Part shown: positions 7,629-16,518 of the stretch, in pieces
Position numbering within the stretch: position 1 is the stretch's first letter
Layout: the number at the start of each line of letters is the position of its first letter
DNA from: a virus
Lineage: Duplodnaviria; Caudoviricetes
IMG/VR virus record: IMGVR_UViG_3300020045_000872
Span: 1-63,077 of that record
Length of the DNA stretch: 63,077 nt
Direction: 5' to 3' (one strand)
The notes under the pieces: generated by a model
What the model was told of the DNA's origin: nothing
The model's input: the letters and a program-made list of their open reading frames with translations, nothing else
The model's database searches: none
Program-made: the position numbers and the translations under genes

Positions 7629-7979
7629 CTATTTATCTGCCAGACGTTTAAGTAAGGCTTTCATTTCTTCCTGCTCTTCATGGCTGAACAGGTTTCTATC
7701 CTCAAGTGCAATGTTCAAGATGTTGGCAATCACCAGCGGTGCAATGAACATGATCCAGAAGTGTGAGAACAACATGGCAGCAACCCTGCCAACTGCTGTC
7801 ACTGGATAGATATCACCATACCCAATAGTTAGTGCGCTCACGCAGCACCACCACAAGCTGTCGAAGAATGGCTTAGCCTCAGCTACGCTGAACACCCCCG
7901 CCCCAATTAGTAGGGACAAAATATACAGGGCAATAATTCGCCAGATGCTTGAGGATAGCCAGATGATAGTGTTTTTCAT
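7629..7979 (-). CDS. two-TM potassium channel (KcsA-like)
   Basis: TM1, pore helix FFDSLWW, selectivity filter TIGYGD, TM2; start at ATG 7979. Confidence 0.9.
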   Translation of the reverse strand: MKNTIIWLSSSIWRIIALYILSLLIGAGVFSVAEAKPFFDSLWWCCVSALTIGYGDIYPVTAVGRVAAMLFSHFWIMFIAPLVIANILNIALEDRNLFSHEEQEEMKALLKRLADK

Positions 7980-7981
7980 TC

Positions 7982-8170
7982 TTAACTCCAGACAAGTAGC
8001 AGTGCTGCAATAAGCATACAAGCTGTAAATGTGACGAATGAAAAAGCACCAACAGTTACAGTATACTTTTGCTTTACTAACTCTGTATTGTGGGCTACCC
8101 AGGCAGCTAGGTATACAACAAAAGCTGACCAACCGAGTTTAAAGAAGACAGTCATGAGCATAGTAATCAT
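7982..8170 (-). CDS. small membrane protein
   Basis: GGAGG RBS before ATG 8170; two hydrophobic segments. Confidence 0.65.
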   Translation of the reverse strand: MITMLMTVFFKLGWSAFVVYLAAWVAHNTELVKQKYTVTVGAFSFVTFTACMLIAALLLVWS

Positions 8171-8171
8171 A

Positions 8172-8357
8172 TTATTTACCCTCCAAGTGATCTTTAAGTG
8201 TAGCAAGGTTGTAAAACTCTTCACTTCGGATAGCCCCATCACACCCTCGGGGGCGATAGTGCCACGCTTTTCCCTCTTTGTAAATACGCCCAAGCTCAGT
8301 CTTCTTCCACTTCACTTTGATGTAAGCACCAGATGCTACTTCTTGATAGTTGATCAT
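8172..8357 (-). CDS. hypothetical protein
   Basis: 61 aa, overlaps the upstream stop. Confidence 0.7.
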   Translation of the reverse strand: MINYQEVASGAYIKVKWKKTELGRIYKEGKAWHYRPRGCDGAIRSEEFYNLATLKDHLEGK

Positions 8358-8695
8358 TTAAATTCACCTCGAAGTATTTGAATCTCTTCTTCCGTCAACT
8401 TGCCGAGTGCAGTGGCGATTTTATGTTGGCGTAGCTCTTCACGCCGCTCAGTTACATCATTGAAGCAGGTCGGCTCAGTATTGTCAAGGATATACAGATC
8501 ATACCCATACTCCAAAGCCCACTTCTTGATAACCCGACCACTGCTACCATACCAACCAATACCCAGTACACCTACATTGGCATCATCCTCAGTACGATAT
8601 ACGCCGTAGAGAGGTCCAAGATGGCCGTACTCATTAGTCGTGGTGTACCCACACCAGACTGGTATCATGGCATTCTTAGGGTTTATGGTTGTCAT
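8354..8695 (-). CDS. hypothetical protein
   Basis: 113 aa, GGAGA RBS. Confidence 0.75.
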   Translation of the reverse strand: MTTINPKNAMIPVWCGYTTTNEYGHLGPLYGVYRTEDDANVGVLGIGWYGSSGRVIKKWALEYGYDLYILDNTEPTCFNDVTERREELRQHKIATALGKLTEEEIQILRGEFK

Positions 8696-8728
8696 GTTAT
8701 TTCTCCGTGTTCGTCTTTGATGTGGCCT

Positions 8729-8756
8729 ATTCTACACGTTCTAGGGGTGCCGTCAA
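8729..8756 (-). promoter_or_regulatory. sigma70-like promoter TTGACG-16-TAGAAT
   Basis: Motif read directly; terminator hairpin at ~8787-8808 just upstream. Confidence 0.65.
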
Positions 8757-8817
8757 TCCTTTTATGCAAATATTACAGACAAAAATAAAGCCCGCACTAG
8801 GCGGGCTTAAATTGCAC

Positions 8818-9003
8818 TTAGTATCTAGTGCCTGTACGTTCGAACAAAACTGTAACTAGTTCGCTAATCCTTGCTTCTAGCCACAGGGTCCTCTTAGGGT
8901 TGGTGTTACCCTTCAAGGCCGCTCTGAAAATCTCAAGCTTCCACTTAAGAATCCTCACTTGTTCTTTGGCATAATATGCCTGTACATCTGGTGTATTGCC
9001 CAT
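8818..9003 (-). CDS. hypothetical protein
   Basis: 61 aa, AGGAG RBS. Confidence 0.65.
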   Translation of the reverse strand: MGNTPDVQAYYAKEQVRILKWKLEIFRAALKGNTNPKRTLWLEARISELVTVLFERTGTRY

Positions 9004-9108
9004 AACAGGCTCCTTGTAGAAGGGAACACATATAACGAAATGTTATATATCCTTATTCCCATGTACATTGTACACTAGATTGGCGACGTTGTCTACAGAT
9101 AGCTGCAA

Positions 9109-9243
9109 TTATTCATCAGCACCAACTGGCTGCCACTGGCCCTTACGACCACGCTTAACGTCTCGACCCTTACGAGCCTTCTTACGCTCTTCACGCTTGG
9201 CCTTGTCGTATTCCCAGCCATTACCAAATTCCTCAGCCTTCAT
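9109..9243 (-). CDS. 44-aa Arg/Lys-rich peptide
   Basis: MKAEEFGNGWEYDKAKREERKKARKGRDVKRGRKGQWQPVGADE; not in the ORF track. Confidence 0.7.
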   Translation of the reverse strand: MKAEEFGNGWEYDKAKREERKKARKGRDVKRGRKGQWQPVGADE

Positions 9244-9457
9244 TGTTTTCAAAACGGTTCCTCACTTTAATAGATAGTTGTTCCAGCTCTTCTCGTAAAC
9301 CCTCAGCATCATTCCAAGATATGGTGCCATCCAGGCTCCACGCCGTGATTAAGCCCCTCACGAAGGCTGCTAAGCTGTCCAGTGGATACTCAATGATCAG
9401 GTCGTCAATCACATGAAAGTATTCCCTGATCAGGTTCACTTTTCTAGATGTTTCCAT
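9233..9457 (-). CDS. hypothetical protein
   Basis: Tightly packed in the operon. Confidence 0.7.
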   Translation of the reverse strand: METSRKVNLIREYFHVIDDLIIEYPLDSLAAFVRGLITAWSLDGTISWNDAEGLREELEQLSIKVRNRFENNEG

Positions 9458-9639
9458 TATTCACTCTCGTCAATCATTTGGTGAAGGTCAGCCATGTGGC
9501 TACGACCAAGGCCATCATACAAACGCTTCAACTCTTTAGCGTCTTGGATCAATTGAAACACATCCTCGGGGTCAATACAACCCAACACTTTGTAGTTGCT
9601 TTCCACCATATCAATGGTCCAATCTTCATTCCAGCTCAT
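9457..9639 (-). CDS. hypothetical protein
   Basis: Tightly packed in the operon. Confidence 0.7.
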   Translation of the reverse strand: MSWNEDWTIDMVESNYKVLGCIDPEDVFQLIQDAKELKRLYDGLGRSHMADLHQMIDESE

Positions 9640-9853
9640 TTAGTTTACCCTTGATCAGCGTGCGGTTATATTTCTCCCAGTCTACTGCATAACATATAGC
9701 AATAGCAAGAATGATTGGACCGAGTATCGACCAGAACAGTAAGGCCAGCACGTGCGATACCTTAAAATCGTGGCCGCTACGAGTGTCAGTGACAGCTCCA
9801 ATCACAGAGCCTACCACCCCAACCAGATACCACAGTATAAGAGTCATCATCAC
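9626..9853 (-). CDS. small two-TM membrane protein
   Basis: Hydrophobic profile. Confidence 0.7.
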   Translation of the reverse strand: MMMTLILWYLVGVVGSVIGAVTDTRSGHDFKVSHVLALLFWSILGPIILAIAICYAVDWEKYNRTLIKGKLNELE

Positions 9854-10216
9854 TTATCCCTCGATCCGCTTGATAGCTTTCTTCATCACTTTGATACCCA
9901 TGTTGAAGCCAGGAACACCAGCCTTCTCAACTTGAGCCTTGAGCTGGTTTGCAGCATGTGAGCAAGCCACAACATTACCCTTTACATAGCCCTTGGTGCA
10001 GTCGATACGATCAATCGTAAGGTCGTCTGGCTGAGCATAAGACTGACCATGCTTGGCACGTTTGATTGGAAAGCCAGTGTAGTAGCACTTCTTGGCACTA
10101 AGGATATTCTTCATTGACTGGAAGGTCATGTTGAACTCGATACCACGTTGCTTGGCGTCATCAGCCTTACGACGAAGTTTGTCAGCTACATAAAGGTCAA
10201 ATTCTGGATTGCTCAT
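9854..10216 (-). CDS. HNH-like nuclease-fold protein
   Basis: CYYTG...TIDRID...GYVKGNVVAC. Confidence 0.7.
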   Translation of the reverse strand: MSNPEFDLYVADKLRRKADDAKQRGIEFNMTFQSMKNILSAKKCYYTGFPIKRAKHGQSYAQPDDLTIDRIDCTKGYVKGNVVACSHAANQLKAQVEKAGVPGFNMGIKVMKKAIKRIEG

Positions 10217-10225
10217 TTATTGCTC

Positions 10226-10849
10226 CTATTGAATGTTGTGTTTGGCTTTCAGAGCGTTAAGCTCATGGAGCAGATTCTCCACGACTTCCTTAGCGTTGTC
10301 AAGCTCTGCTTGAGCACCGACTAACCTGTGGTCAGCTTCTACAAGCTCATAACAATCCTCAAGAGTCAGCATAACTGAGTGTTCAGTAGCTGGTTTAGCA
10401 CAAAGCTCTCCGTACTCAACCTCCTGGCCAGGGCCGTTGATATCACTGGACCAGATATAGTTCAGCGACCTACAGTATTTAACAAATCCACGGTTAACTA
10501 GTTCATGTTGGTGAGGCGTAACATCAAAACCATCATCTTTCAGTGCCTGCCAGAAGGCTATGAATTGTTCTTTGGTCAAACCACTGGTATCTACATGCCA
10601 CTCTGAGAACTGACGTAGCTGACTAACGTACTCCAGGGGGTTCAATTCAGCAACTTGACCATACGGAGTTAGACGCTCAAAAGCCACATAACACTCTTCT
10701 GAGCCATTAGTAAACTCAGGGCAGGATGTACCATCATCCTCAGTCAGGGTCAAAACTTCACCAGTGTTAAAGGTGTGATGGCGAGTGCCGTCAAGGCTCA
10801 GACCAACTACAAACTTGTCACCAACTTTCAAATTACTTGGACGTTCCAT
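10226..10849 (-). CDS. hypothetical protein (N-terminal SH3-like, C-terminal coiled coil)
   Basis: 207 aa. Confidence 0.7.
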   Translation of the reverse strand: MERPSNLKVGDKFVVGLSLDGTRHHTFNTGEVLTLTEDDGTSCPEFTNGSEECYVAFERLTPYGQVAELNPLEYVSQLRQFSEWHVDTSGLTKEQFIAFWQALKDDGFDVTPHQHELVNRGFVKYCRSLNYIWSSDINGPGQEVEYGELCAKPATEHSVMLTLEDCYELVEADHRLVGAQAELDNAKEVVENLLHELNALKAKHNIQ

Positions 10850-11109
10850 TATACTTTCTCCATAAAATCAAAAAATTCATTTACTTTATCTCGACCTGCA
10901 TCCAAAAGAGAGTTTGGAATTTGTATGCCTAGCGAGCGATTCTTTAGAAACTTGCCGTCCTTAATTACGTAAGCTGCATGTCGTACAAACTTATCCCCAC
11001 CTCCCTCAATTAAAGCTTCTGTGAGGTGGGAGGCTTCTGCAAAATAGTAGGTTACGCCTGATGGGACTACTAGCTTATACTTCGTCATATCTGGGTCGAT
11101 CAGTTTCAT
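10849..11109 (-). CDS. hypothetical protein
   Basis: 86 aa, coupled to its neighbour. Confidence 0.7.
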   Translation of the reverse strand: MKLIDPDMTKYKLVVPSGVTYYFAEASHLTEALIEGGGDKFVRHAAYVIKDGKFLKNRSLGIQIPNSLLDAGRDKVNEFFDFMEKV

Positions 11110-11110
11110 A

Positions 11111-12073
11111 TTAGTCTACCTTGAATGGCTTTAGTAAGTGTTTGTTTTGCTCAAATCGTTTGACGTAATCATTCTCACCCAGCGACTCATACAAGTCAAG
11201 CACTTTCTGATAATTTTCCCATGCGTATTCACGGAACCACCCACTAGTGATAGAGGTACACACCTTCATTAGGGCCATCTCAAAGCTCCAGCGAGGTGTT
11301 GGGGTGGCCTGACGTGACCGCATCCAAGGCTCTACATCCACCTCGGCATGGGGAATCTGAGAACGCTCTAGGGCAAGCACACAGCACTCTTCATAGACAC
11401 CATTCAGACGAGTTTCCTCACTTACACCAAAGAACTTCTCTTTAGACGTCATCACCTCGCAGCCTTCTTTCATGTAGGACTTATAGGCTGGCCACTTACC
11501 GCTGGCAAGCTCTACCAGAGCAACCGTCTTATGGATGGAGTCATGGTCGTATACATACTGCACACCATCATCCTTAAAGAATGAAGACTTATCCACATTC
11601 AGAGACGGGTGGCTATAAGTGTAAGTCTCCTTTTCACGAAGAGCTATAAACTTCGTAAGGAATGTGTCACAGCCAATTCCAGTGACACGTGAGCGCAGAA
11701 ATTGAATATCATCCATTGTCTTTTTAAAGTGCACACTGTTCTTCTTATAACGGTGTGACAGTTTGATCGCCAACAAGTCGAAGTCGGTTGCATGGATAAG
11801 TTGTGAACCTGTGTTACCATAGGCATCGAGAAGCATTCGTGCACTAGTCCCTTCCCATGCAATCTCAAACTCATAGTTCATGCCATCCTTACCACGACAG
11901 TGGTAGTATTTACCACCCTCAGTGGGTACAGCAAATTCCATCGAGTTCTTATTTTCCTTGTACCACTTATTGAACTGATCAATGGTAGCAATGAAGTCCC
12001 AATCCCCACAGATTCGAGTGGGAGCAAGCTCAGGATTATTGTGTACCAATGCACGGCTACCAACTACTAGCAA
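11111..12073 (-). CDS. nucleotidyltransferase-like protein (Pol-beta superfamily motif) with helical C-terminal domain
   Basis: N-terminal VVGSRA...GDWDF (GS plus DxD); later YDHDSIH. Confidence 0.6.
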   Translation of the reverse strand: MLVVGSRALVHNNPELAPTRICGDWDFIATIDQFNKWYKENKNSMEFAVPTEGGKYYHCRGKDGMNYEFEIAWEGTSARMLLDAYGNTGSQLIHATDFDLLAIKLSHRYKKNSVHFKKTMDDIQFLRSRVTGIGCDTFLTKFIALREKETYTYSHPSLNVDKSSFFKDDGVQYVYDHDSIHKTVALVELASGKWPAYKSYMKEGCEVMTSKEKFFGVSEETRLNGVYEECCVLALERSQIPHAEVDVEPWMRSRQATPTPRWSFEMALMKVCTSITSGWFREYAWENYQKVLDLYESLGENDYVKRFEQNKHLLKPFKVD

Positions 12074-12074
12074 T

Positions 12075-12686
12075 TTAAACCTCCTTGAAAGATTTAGTTT
12101 CTACGCCATTGTACATATCGGCGTGAATCTTGTCTACTATTTTCCAGATTGCCTTAGCTATTTGAGCGTCAGGTTCGTTTAATGCGAACTCAGAGAGTAT
12201 TTCTGACTTCCTACGTTGCCATAGGCGGTGGGCCAACATAGGTGTGCTGGCTGAGCCTAGATACTCCCTAACATCGCCGTTATTCACCCTAGCAGAGAAT
12301 AACTCCTTGTCTTTACTCACCCCAGTAGGTAAAACCCCTTGAGACTTTATGTGAAGGGTCTTGTTAAGCTCTGGACTTATAAAGCAGCAAGTTTCGGGTG
12401 AGTATAACTTGGAGCCAGGGACAAGTAAATCTTTATCTAGCTGTAAACCTTCTTGCCAACGACTTTCTGCCCAAGACCTGAAATTTGAAAAACTTAGCCA
12501 GCCTTCACAGATATCCACATCACGGTAAGTAGGATCACGTTCGTAGCCAATAGGAGACTTACACCTTATCAAGGTGTTAGTCCAACACTGGTACAGAGGA
12601 CACTTCCACACCTGCTTTCCATCTAAATTGGCAGTGACTGGGTGCGGCCAGTCATTCAAGGCCACACCCTGAACACTCATATTCAA
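12075..12686 (-). CDS. HNH-type homing endonuclease
   Basis: W...RC...W..FSNF..W...LDKD...YSPETCCF. Confidence 0.75.
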   Translation of the reverse strand: MNMSVQGVALNDWPHPVTANLDGKQVWKCPLYQCWTNTLIRCKSPIGYERDPTYRDVDICEGWLSFSNFRSWAESRWQEGLQLDKDLLVPGSKLYSPETCCFISPELNKTLHIKSQGVLPTGVSKDKELFSARVNNGDVREYLGSASTPMLAHRLWQRRKSEILSEFALNEPDAQIAKAIWKIVDKIHADMYNGVETKSFKEV

Positions 12687-12696
12687 TTCCTCTCAG

Positions 12697-13026
12697 TTAG
12701 ATAAGCTTTACGCCAGCTTTGAACAGAATGCTCTCGTACTTAATCAGTTCCCCTTGGAGACGCTGGATTTCAGTTTTGATATTCTTGCACTCTTCGACTG
12801 CCTTGTCAAGGGTGATTTCTTCCTCAAGAATCTCCACTCGGTAGTCACAAACTGTAATCTCACCCACACGGTTTGTGAGTTTGATAGTAACGAGTGGACT
12901 GCTACGGCCCATTGTGTCCACGTCAACCACAACACCTACATCACCCTTCTTGGCATTGTAACACCCGATTCCATCCTCGTCTGTAAAGATAACTTTATCA
13001 CCAATCACAACTTCACGCTTTGCCAT
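12697..13026 (-). CDS. hypothetical protein (KOW/SH3-like plus coiled coil)
   Basis: 109 aa, AGGAGG RBS. Confidence 0.7.
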   Translation of the reverse strand: MAKREVVIGDKVIFTDEDGIGCYNAKKGDVGVVVDVDTMGRSSPLVTIKLTNRVGEITVCDYRVEILEEEITLDKAVEECKNIKTEIQRLQGELIKYESILFKAGVKLI

Positions 13027-13076
13027 TTCATCCCCTCCTTTGAATTAGAATGCCCACCTTTCAGTGGGCACTTAGA

Positions 13077-13292
13077 TTAGCAGCTCTGAGAAGAGGCGTG
13101 CCAACCACCATTGTCATTACCGTACTGATCCTCTTGGTCATCAGGGTCATAGTAACCACCCATACCATAGCTGCCCAGGTTCATACTGAACGACACACCG
13201 TTTTCGTCAGCCAGGTCTTCGGCTTGGTGTACCAACTCCTGGGCCTGTTTAATCAGGTCAGATATAGCCTTAACTGCTTCTTGTTGAGTCAT
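13077..13292 (-). CDS. W..SS..C-tail paralog 1
   Basis: Helical hairpin; ends GGWHASSQSC. Confidence 0.75.
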   Translation of the reverse strand: MTQQEAVKAISDLIKQAQELVHQAEDLADENGVSFSMNLGSYGMGGYYDPDDQEDQYGNDNGGWHASSQSC

Positions 13293-13549
13293 TTCAAGCC
13301 CGTCCCAAAACTATTACCCAGTAGGCGACGTAACACTTCTACATCGCCTGTTGAGATTTCAGTGATAGAGAAATCTTCCTCAGAAAGCTCCCCAGCCTCA
13401 AACCCCTCGTTAGTACCGAAGTAGCTTTCGTTGTTGATATATTGGTCAACTGTAGCTTGAGCACTTTCCTCAGTCTCGTGGATTGAGTAACTTTCGCACT
13501 GAAATTCATCAGCCCAATCTCGGTCAAAAACCAAAAGATATTTAGACAT
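13289..13549 (-). CDS. acidic hypothetical protein
   Basis: GGAGGTG RBS before ATG 13549. Confidence 0.75.
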   Translation of the reverse strand: MSKYLLVFDRDWADEFQCESYSIHETEESAQATVDQYINNESYFGTNEGFEAGELSEEDFSITEISTGDVEVLRRLLGNSFGTGLK

Positions 13550-13559
13550 ATTCACCTCC

Positions 13560-14024
13560 TTAGCAGCGTGAGCTGTCCCAGTCCGAGTTCGGGTCAAGGT
13601 CTGGCATGCCAGCAGGCATACGACAGAAGTATGGCAGGTCAACACTAGCGGCCAGCTTACTTGCCTCAAGAACTGCATCATACGCGATCTTGTTCAGCTC
13701 TGCAATACGTGCAACCACTTCCTGACGTTGAGCTTTTACATCAACAACGTAGGTTGGGTTTGCTTCCATGAAAGCAAAGAATTCTTCACGGGTTGCAGTA
13801 AGACCATCGTCATACTCTTCGAGGTTCTTGAATTCACCCTCACACTCCCAACCTAGGTCAGTAGTAGTTTCTTCACCCTTCCAGTTGGTATAGGGGATTT
13901 TCCAACCATCAATGGTAACTTCCCAATTACTTTGGTTAGCCTGTGCATCGGCAGGCCACTGAGTGTAGTCAACACCTTCACTGTCAAACTTGATAGCCAG
14001 CCATTTAACTAATTGATTACTCAT
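13560..14024 (-). CDS. W..SS..C-tail paralog 2 with extra N-terminal domain
   Basis: Ends DWDSSRC. Confidence 0.75.
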   Translation of the reverse strand: MSNQLVKWLAIKFDSEGVDYTQWPADAQANQSNWEVTIDGWKIPYTNWKGEETTTDLGWECEGEFKNLEEYDDGLTATREEFFAFMEANPTYVVDVKAQRQEVVARIAELNKIAYDAVLEASKLAASVDLPYFCRMPAGMPDLDPNSDWDSSRC

Positions 14025-14437
14025 GCTTTCTTACCTCCCTCTGCCATACGGCTCTCACGTTTATGGTCAAGACGTTGAGCGTTATACTCAAGCTTTTCCA
14101 TGATTGCACCTGCAAGGTCATAGCCTTCATGACCACAGATATCAAGAATGCGGATCACCGCATCAGCAAGCTCCACTTCCACCATAGGGCGGTGCTTCAA
14201 GTGGTCGTCCATCATACCCTTGCGGACACCCTCCACAGCCTCAGAAACCTCTGAGTGTACCAGAGCAAGCTTGGACAAAATCAGCTCGATGTTGCCCTTT
14301 GGCTTGGCTTGGCCAGTGGCGAGGTCTTCCCACCAGCCAGCATTCACGTTACCTTGGTAGACGTGACCCTGTAGGGCAGCCATTTGACCACAGGCGAATT
14401 CTAGTAAATCTTTATTAAGAGTATAGAAAGTATTCAT
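14021..14437 (-). CDS. MazG-like all-alpha NTP pyrophosphohydrolase
   Basis: LVHSEVSEAVE...EVELADAVIR. Confidence 0.8.
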   Translation of the reverse strand: MNTFYTLNKDLLEFACGQMAALQGHVYQGNVNAGWWEDLATGQAKPKGNIELILSKLALVHSEVSEAVEGVRKGMMDDHLKHRPMVEVELADAVIRILDICGHEGYDLAGAIMEKLEYNAQRLDHKRESRMAEGGKKA

Positions 14438-14640
14438 TAGCAGTTACTCGAATCCCAGGTACTTGGTGCCCACCGAGTATACTCAGCAGTTGTGTCGTAA
14501 TTTGCACCACCTTCAAGGGTGATTTCAAACGGGACTTCGAACTCATCGGACAGTGCCCGAGCCTCAGCGTGCAGGCTTTGCATGGCATCCAGCAGAGCTG
14601 CAATGCGTTGAGTAGCCTCTTGACGTGTAATGTATGTCAT
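14437..14640 (-). CDS. W..SS..C-tail paralog 3
   Basis: GGAGG RBS before ATG 14640; ends TWDSSNC. Confidence 0.75.
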   Translation of the reverse strand: MTYITRQEATQRIAALLDAMQSLHAEARALSDEFEVPFEITLEGGANYDTTAEYTRWAPSTWDSSNC

Positions 14641-14641
14641 C

Positions 14642-14866
14642 TTATACCTCCAATAGTTTAAAGAATAGTTCATAATTGTGGCCGTCTTCATCCGGGTACA
14701 ATGACCATGCGTGGTGAGCACCAATCTCTTCCAAAATGAAGAAGCAAGCCCCATGCTCGTTAATATCTTTGATGGTATAGACTTGTCCGTCTACAAGCAC
14801 ACCGCACATTAAACCGAGTTCCAGAGCTTTTTTGGTATCTGCTACCAATTTAGTACCGACTTCCAT
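14642..14866 (-). CDS. hypothetical protein
   Basis: 74 aa, GGAGG RBS. Confidence 0.7.
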   Translation of the reverse strand: MEVGTKLVADTKKALELGLMCGVLVDGQVYTIKDINEHGACFFILEEIGAHHAWSLYPDEDGHNYELFFKLLEV

Positions 14867-14874
14867 ATACCCTC

Positions 14875-15105
14875 CTATAGGATTTGATCAATTGTTGCGA
14901 AAGTGTAGCCCTTGTTGCCCTGGATAATCAAGGGGAAAGTGCGAAAACCCATTAGACCAACAGCATCCAGGGCATCCATCAGCTCTTCCATTGTGTAGTC
15001 TTTATCCAGCTGTCGGTATTCATACTCAATACCGCGAGACTTTAGCACAGCCTTTGCCTGTTCGCAAGAGCTACACTGGGTTTTACCATAAATTACTACA
15101 CTCAT
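14875..15105 (-). CDS. glutaredoxin
   Basis: IYGKTQCSSC...RTFPLI; downstream of the RNR genes. Confidence 0.85.
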   Translation of the reverse strand: MSVVIYGKTQCSSCEQAKAVLKSRGIEYEYRQLDKDYTMEELMDALDAVGLMGFRTFPLIIQGNKGYTFATIDQIL

Positions 15106-15117
15106 TCCACTATCTCC

Positions 15118-15354
15118 CTACAGATTTTCATAAATCAAGTCATCACGATAACCATCATCGTCGTAGTCATACTCAGAGTCTCCGCCGTTCTCATAAAGAC
15201 CAGCATCACACTCAGGGCAGTATACATCATCCTCTTCTACAAATCCATCACAATCAGGACACATCATATCAAAACTCCATTGGTGGCCATCCAGCCCTCG
15301 ACCAATATTCAAATCTCTTGGCGATCTGTCTGGCATGTTTGTTGTCATAGGCAA
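15118..15354 (-). CDS. zinc-ribbon protein with acidic tail
   Basis: CPDC...CPEC; start uncertain. Confidence 0.55.
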   Translation of the reverse strand: MPMTTNMPDRSPRDLNIGRGLDGHQWSFDMMCPDCDGFVEEDDVYCPECDAGLYENGGDSEYDYDDDGYRDDLIYENL

Positions 15355-15410
15355 AAGCCATCTGCTTATTATCCTTCACACGTATGACGGCTCTACCGTT
15401 AACTCTATAC

Positions 15411-15614
15411 CTAGGCATCAGGAAGCTCACAGAAGTGTGTAGGCTCAAATTCATGAGGCCAGCGTGGCATCTTACCACCAAGTGTGATCCACACGCAATA
15501 GGGGTCTGACGTATAAACTACTCCATCACCTATTGAGACTTTAATAGCCTTCACAACGAACATTTTATTCGTCAGACCATAGGTAGCTGGCAATTCACTT
15601 ATTGGCTTCCACAT
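15411..15614 (-). CDS. hypothetical protein
   Basis: MWKPISELP...PTHF..LP pattern (DUF551-like). Confidence 0.65.
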   Translation of the reverse strand: MWKPISELPATYGLTNKMFVVKAIKVSIGDGVVYTSDPYCVWITLGGKMPRWPHEFEPTHFCELPDA

Positions 15615-15622
15615 ATAACCTC

Positions 15623-15967
15623 CTATACCTTTGCACGTGGCTTCTCAAGCTCTTTCTTCTTGAACTCGATATCACGCAGGTGTGACCACCACATTTCGTG
15701 GTACTGTGTACGCATACGTTGCAATTGTGCAATCATACCGTCCAACTTGTCAAGGCGTTTCTTGAATCCTTTTTCGCCAGTCGCGTCGAAGTCTAGGTGT
15801 ACCGGACGATTACTACAATCCCGCACCTGAATACTGCCTGAGATAGTGGGATTATCTCTTAAATACCACTCACTGATATCCTTAACCTGTACAGTTCTCA
15901 CTGTACAAATCATGCTGCCAGTTTCATCTGCGGAGTCTGACAGAAATCGCTTCTCTACGTGACGCAT
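15623..15967 (-). CDS. hypothetical protein
   Basis: 114 aa, GGAGG RBS, TTG start. Confidence 0.7.
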   Translation of the reverse strand: MRHVEKRFLSDSADETGSMICTVRTVQVKDISEWYLRDNPTISGSIQVRDCSNRPVHLDFDATGEKGFKKRLDKLDGMIAQLQRMRTQYHEMWWSHLRDIEFKKKELEKPRAKV

Positions 15968-16158
15968 TCAAAACCTCCTTACTTGAATTCAACAACCCAG
16001 ACAGGCACACCATCCAACTGGTCACGCCAAATCCACACGGATTTGTCCTGTTTTACCAGCTCTTCTACCCTCATAAGAGCAGCAGTCTGGTTGTAGTACC
16101 GTTCGATAGTATTCATAAAAATCCCCTCGCATCGTTTCCAATGGAGGGGAGTGTACGC

Positions 16159-16518
16159 TTAAGCAGGGAGGCCGTCAAGACCTTTTTGGTAAGCATCAAA
16201 CGATAGACGTGTGACACTTTGTGTGTAGACCTTTGTCACAGGGTCTTTCACTAGTGCTTGGCTGTTGTAGGCCATCAACTCTGCTCCCATTTCAGTCTCA
16301 AAGGCAACCTGTAAAGAGGTTAGGGCTTCAAGATCGCGGGTGTCTTCTGCTGAGTCAAAGAACGTGGCATAGACACGGCTCTGTACAGGCGTCATGCTGA
16401 TAGTAAAGTCAGCTGCAATGGTGTCACCCACTAGAGCTAGGGTAGCCCCTGCATCGTTTACAGTTGTTGTTAGCGTCCCGCCTGTGGCTAGGACAGTTAC
16501 ATTGATTACTGGTGTCAT
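16159..16518 (-). CDS. hypothetical beta-rich protein flanked by terminator-like hairpins
   Basis: GGAGA RBS; hairpins at ~16539-16552 and ~16121-16150. Confidence 0.7.
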   Translation of the reverse strand: MTPVINVTVLATGGTLTTTVNDAGATLALVGDTIAADFTISMTPVQSRVYATFFDSAEDTRDLEALTSLQVAFETEMGAELMAYNSQALVKDPVTKVYTQSVTRLSFDAYQKGLDGLPA

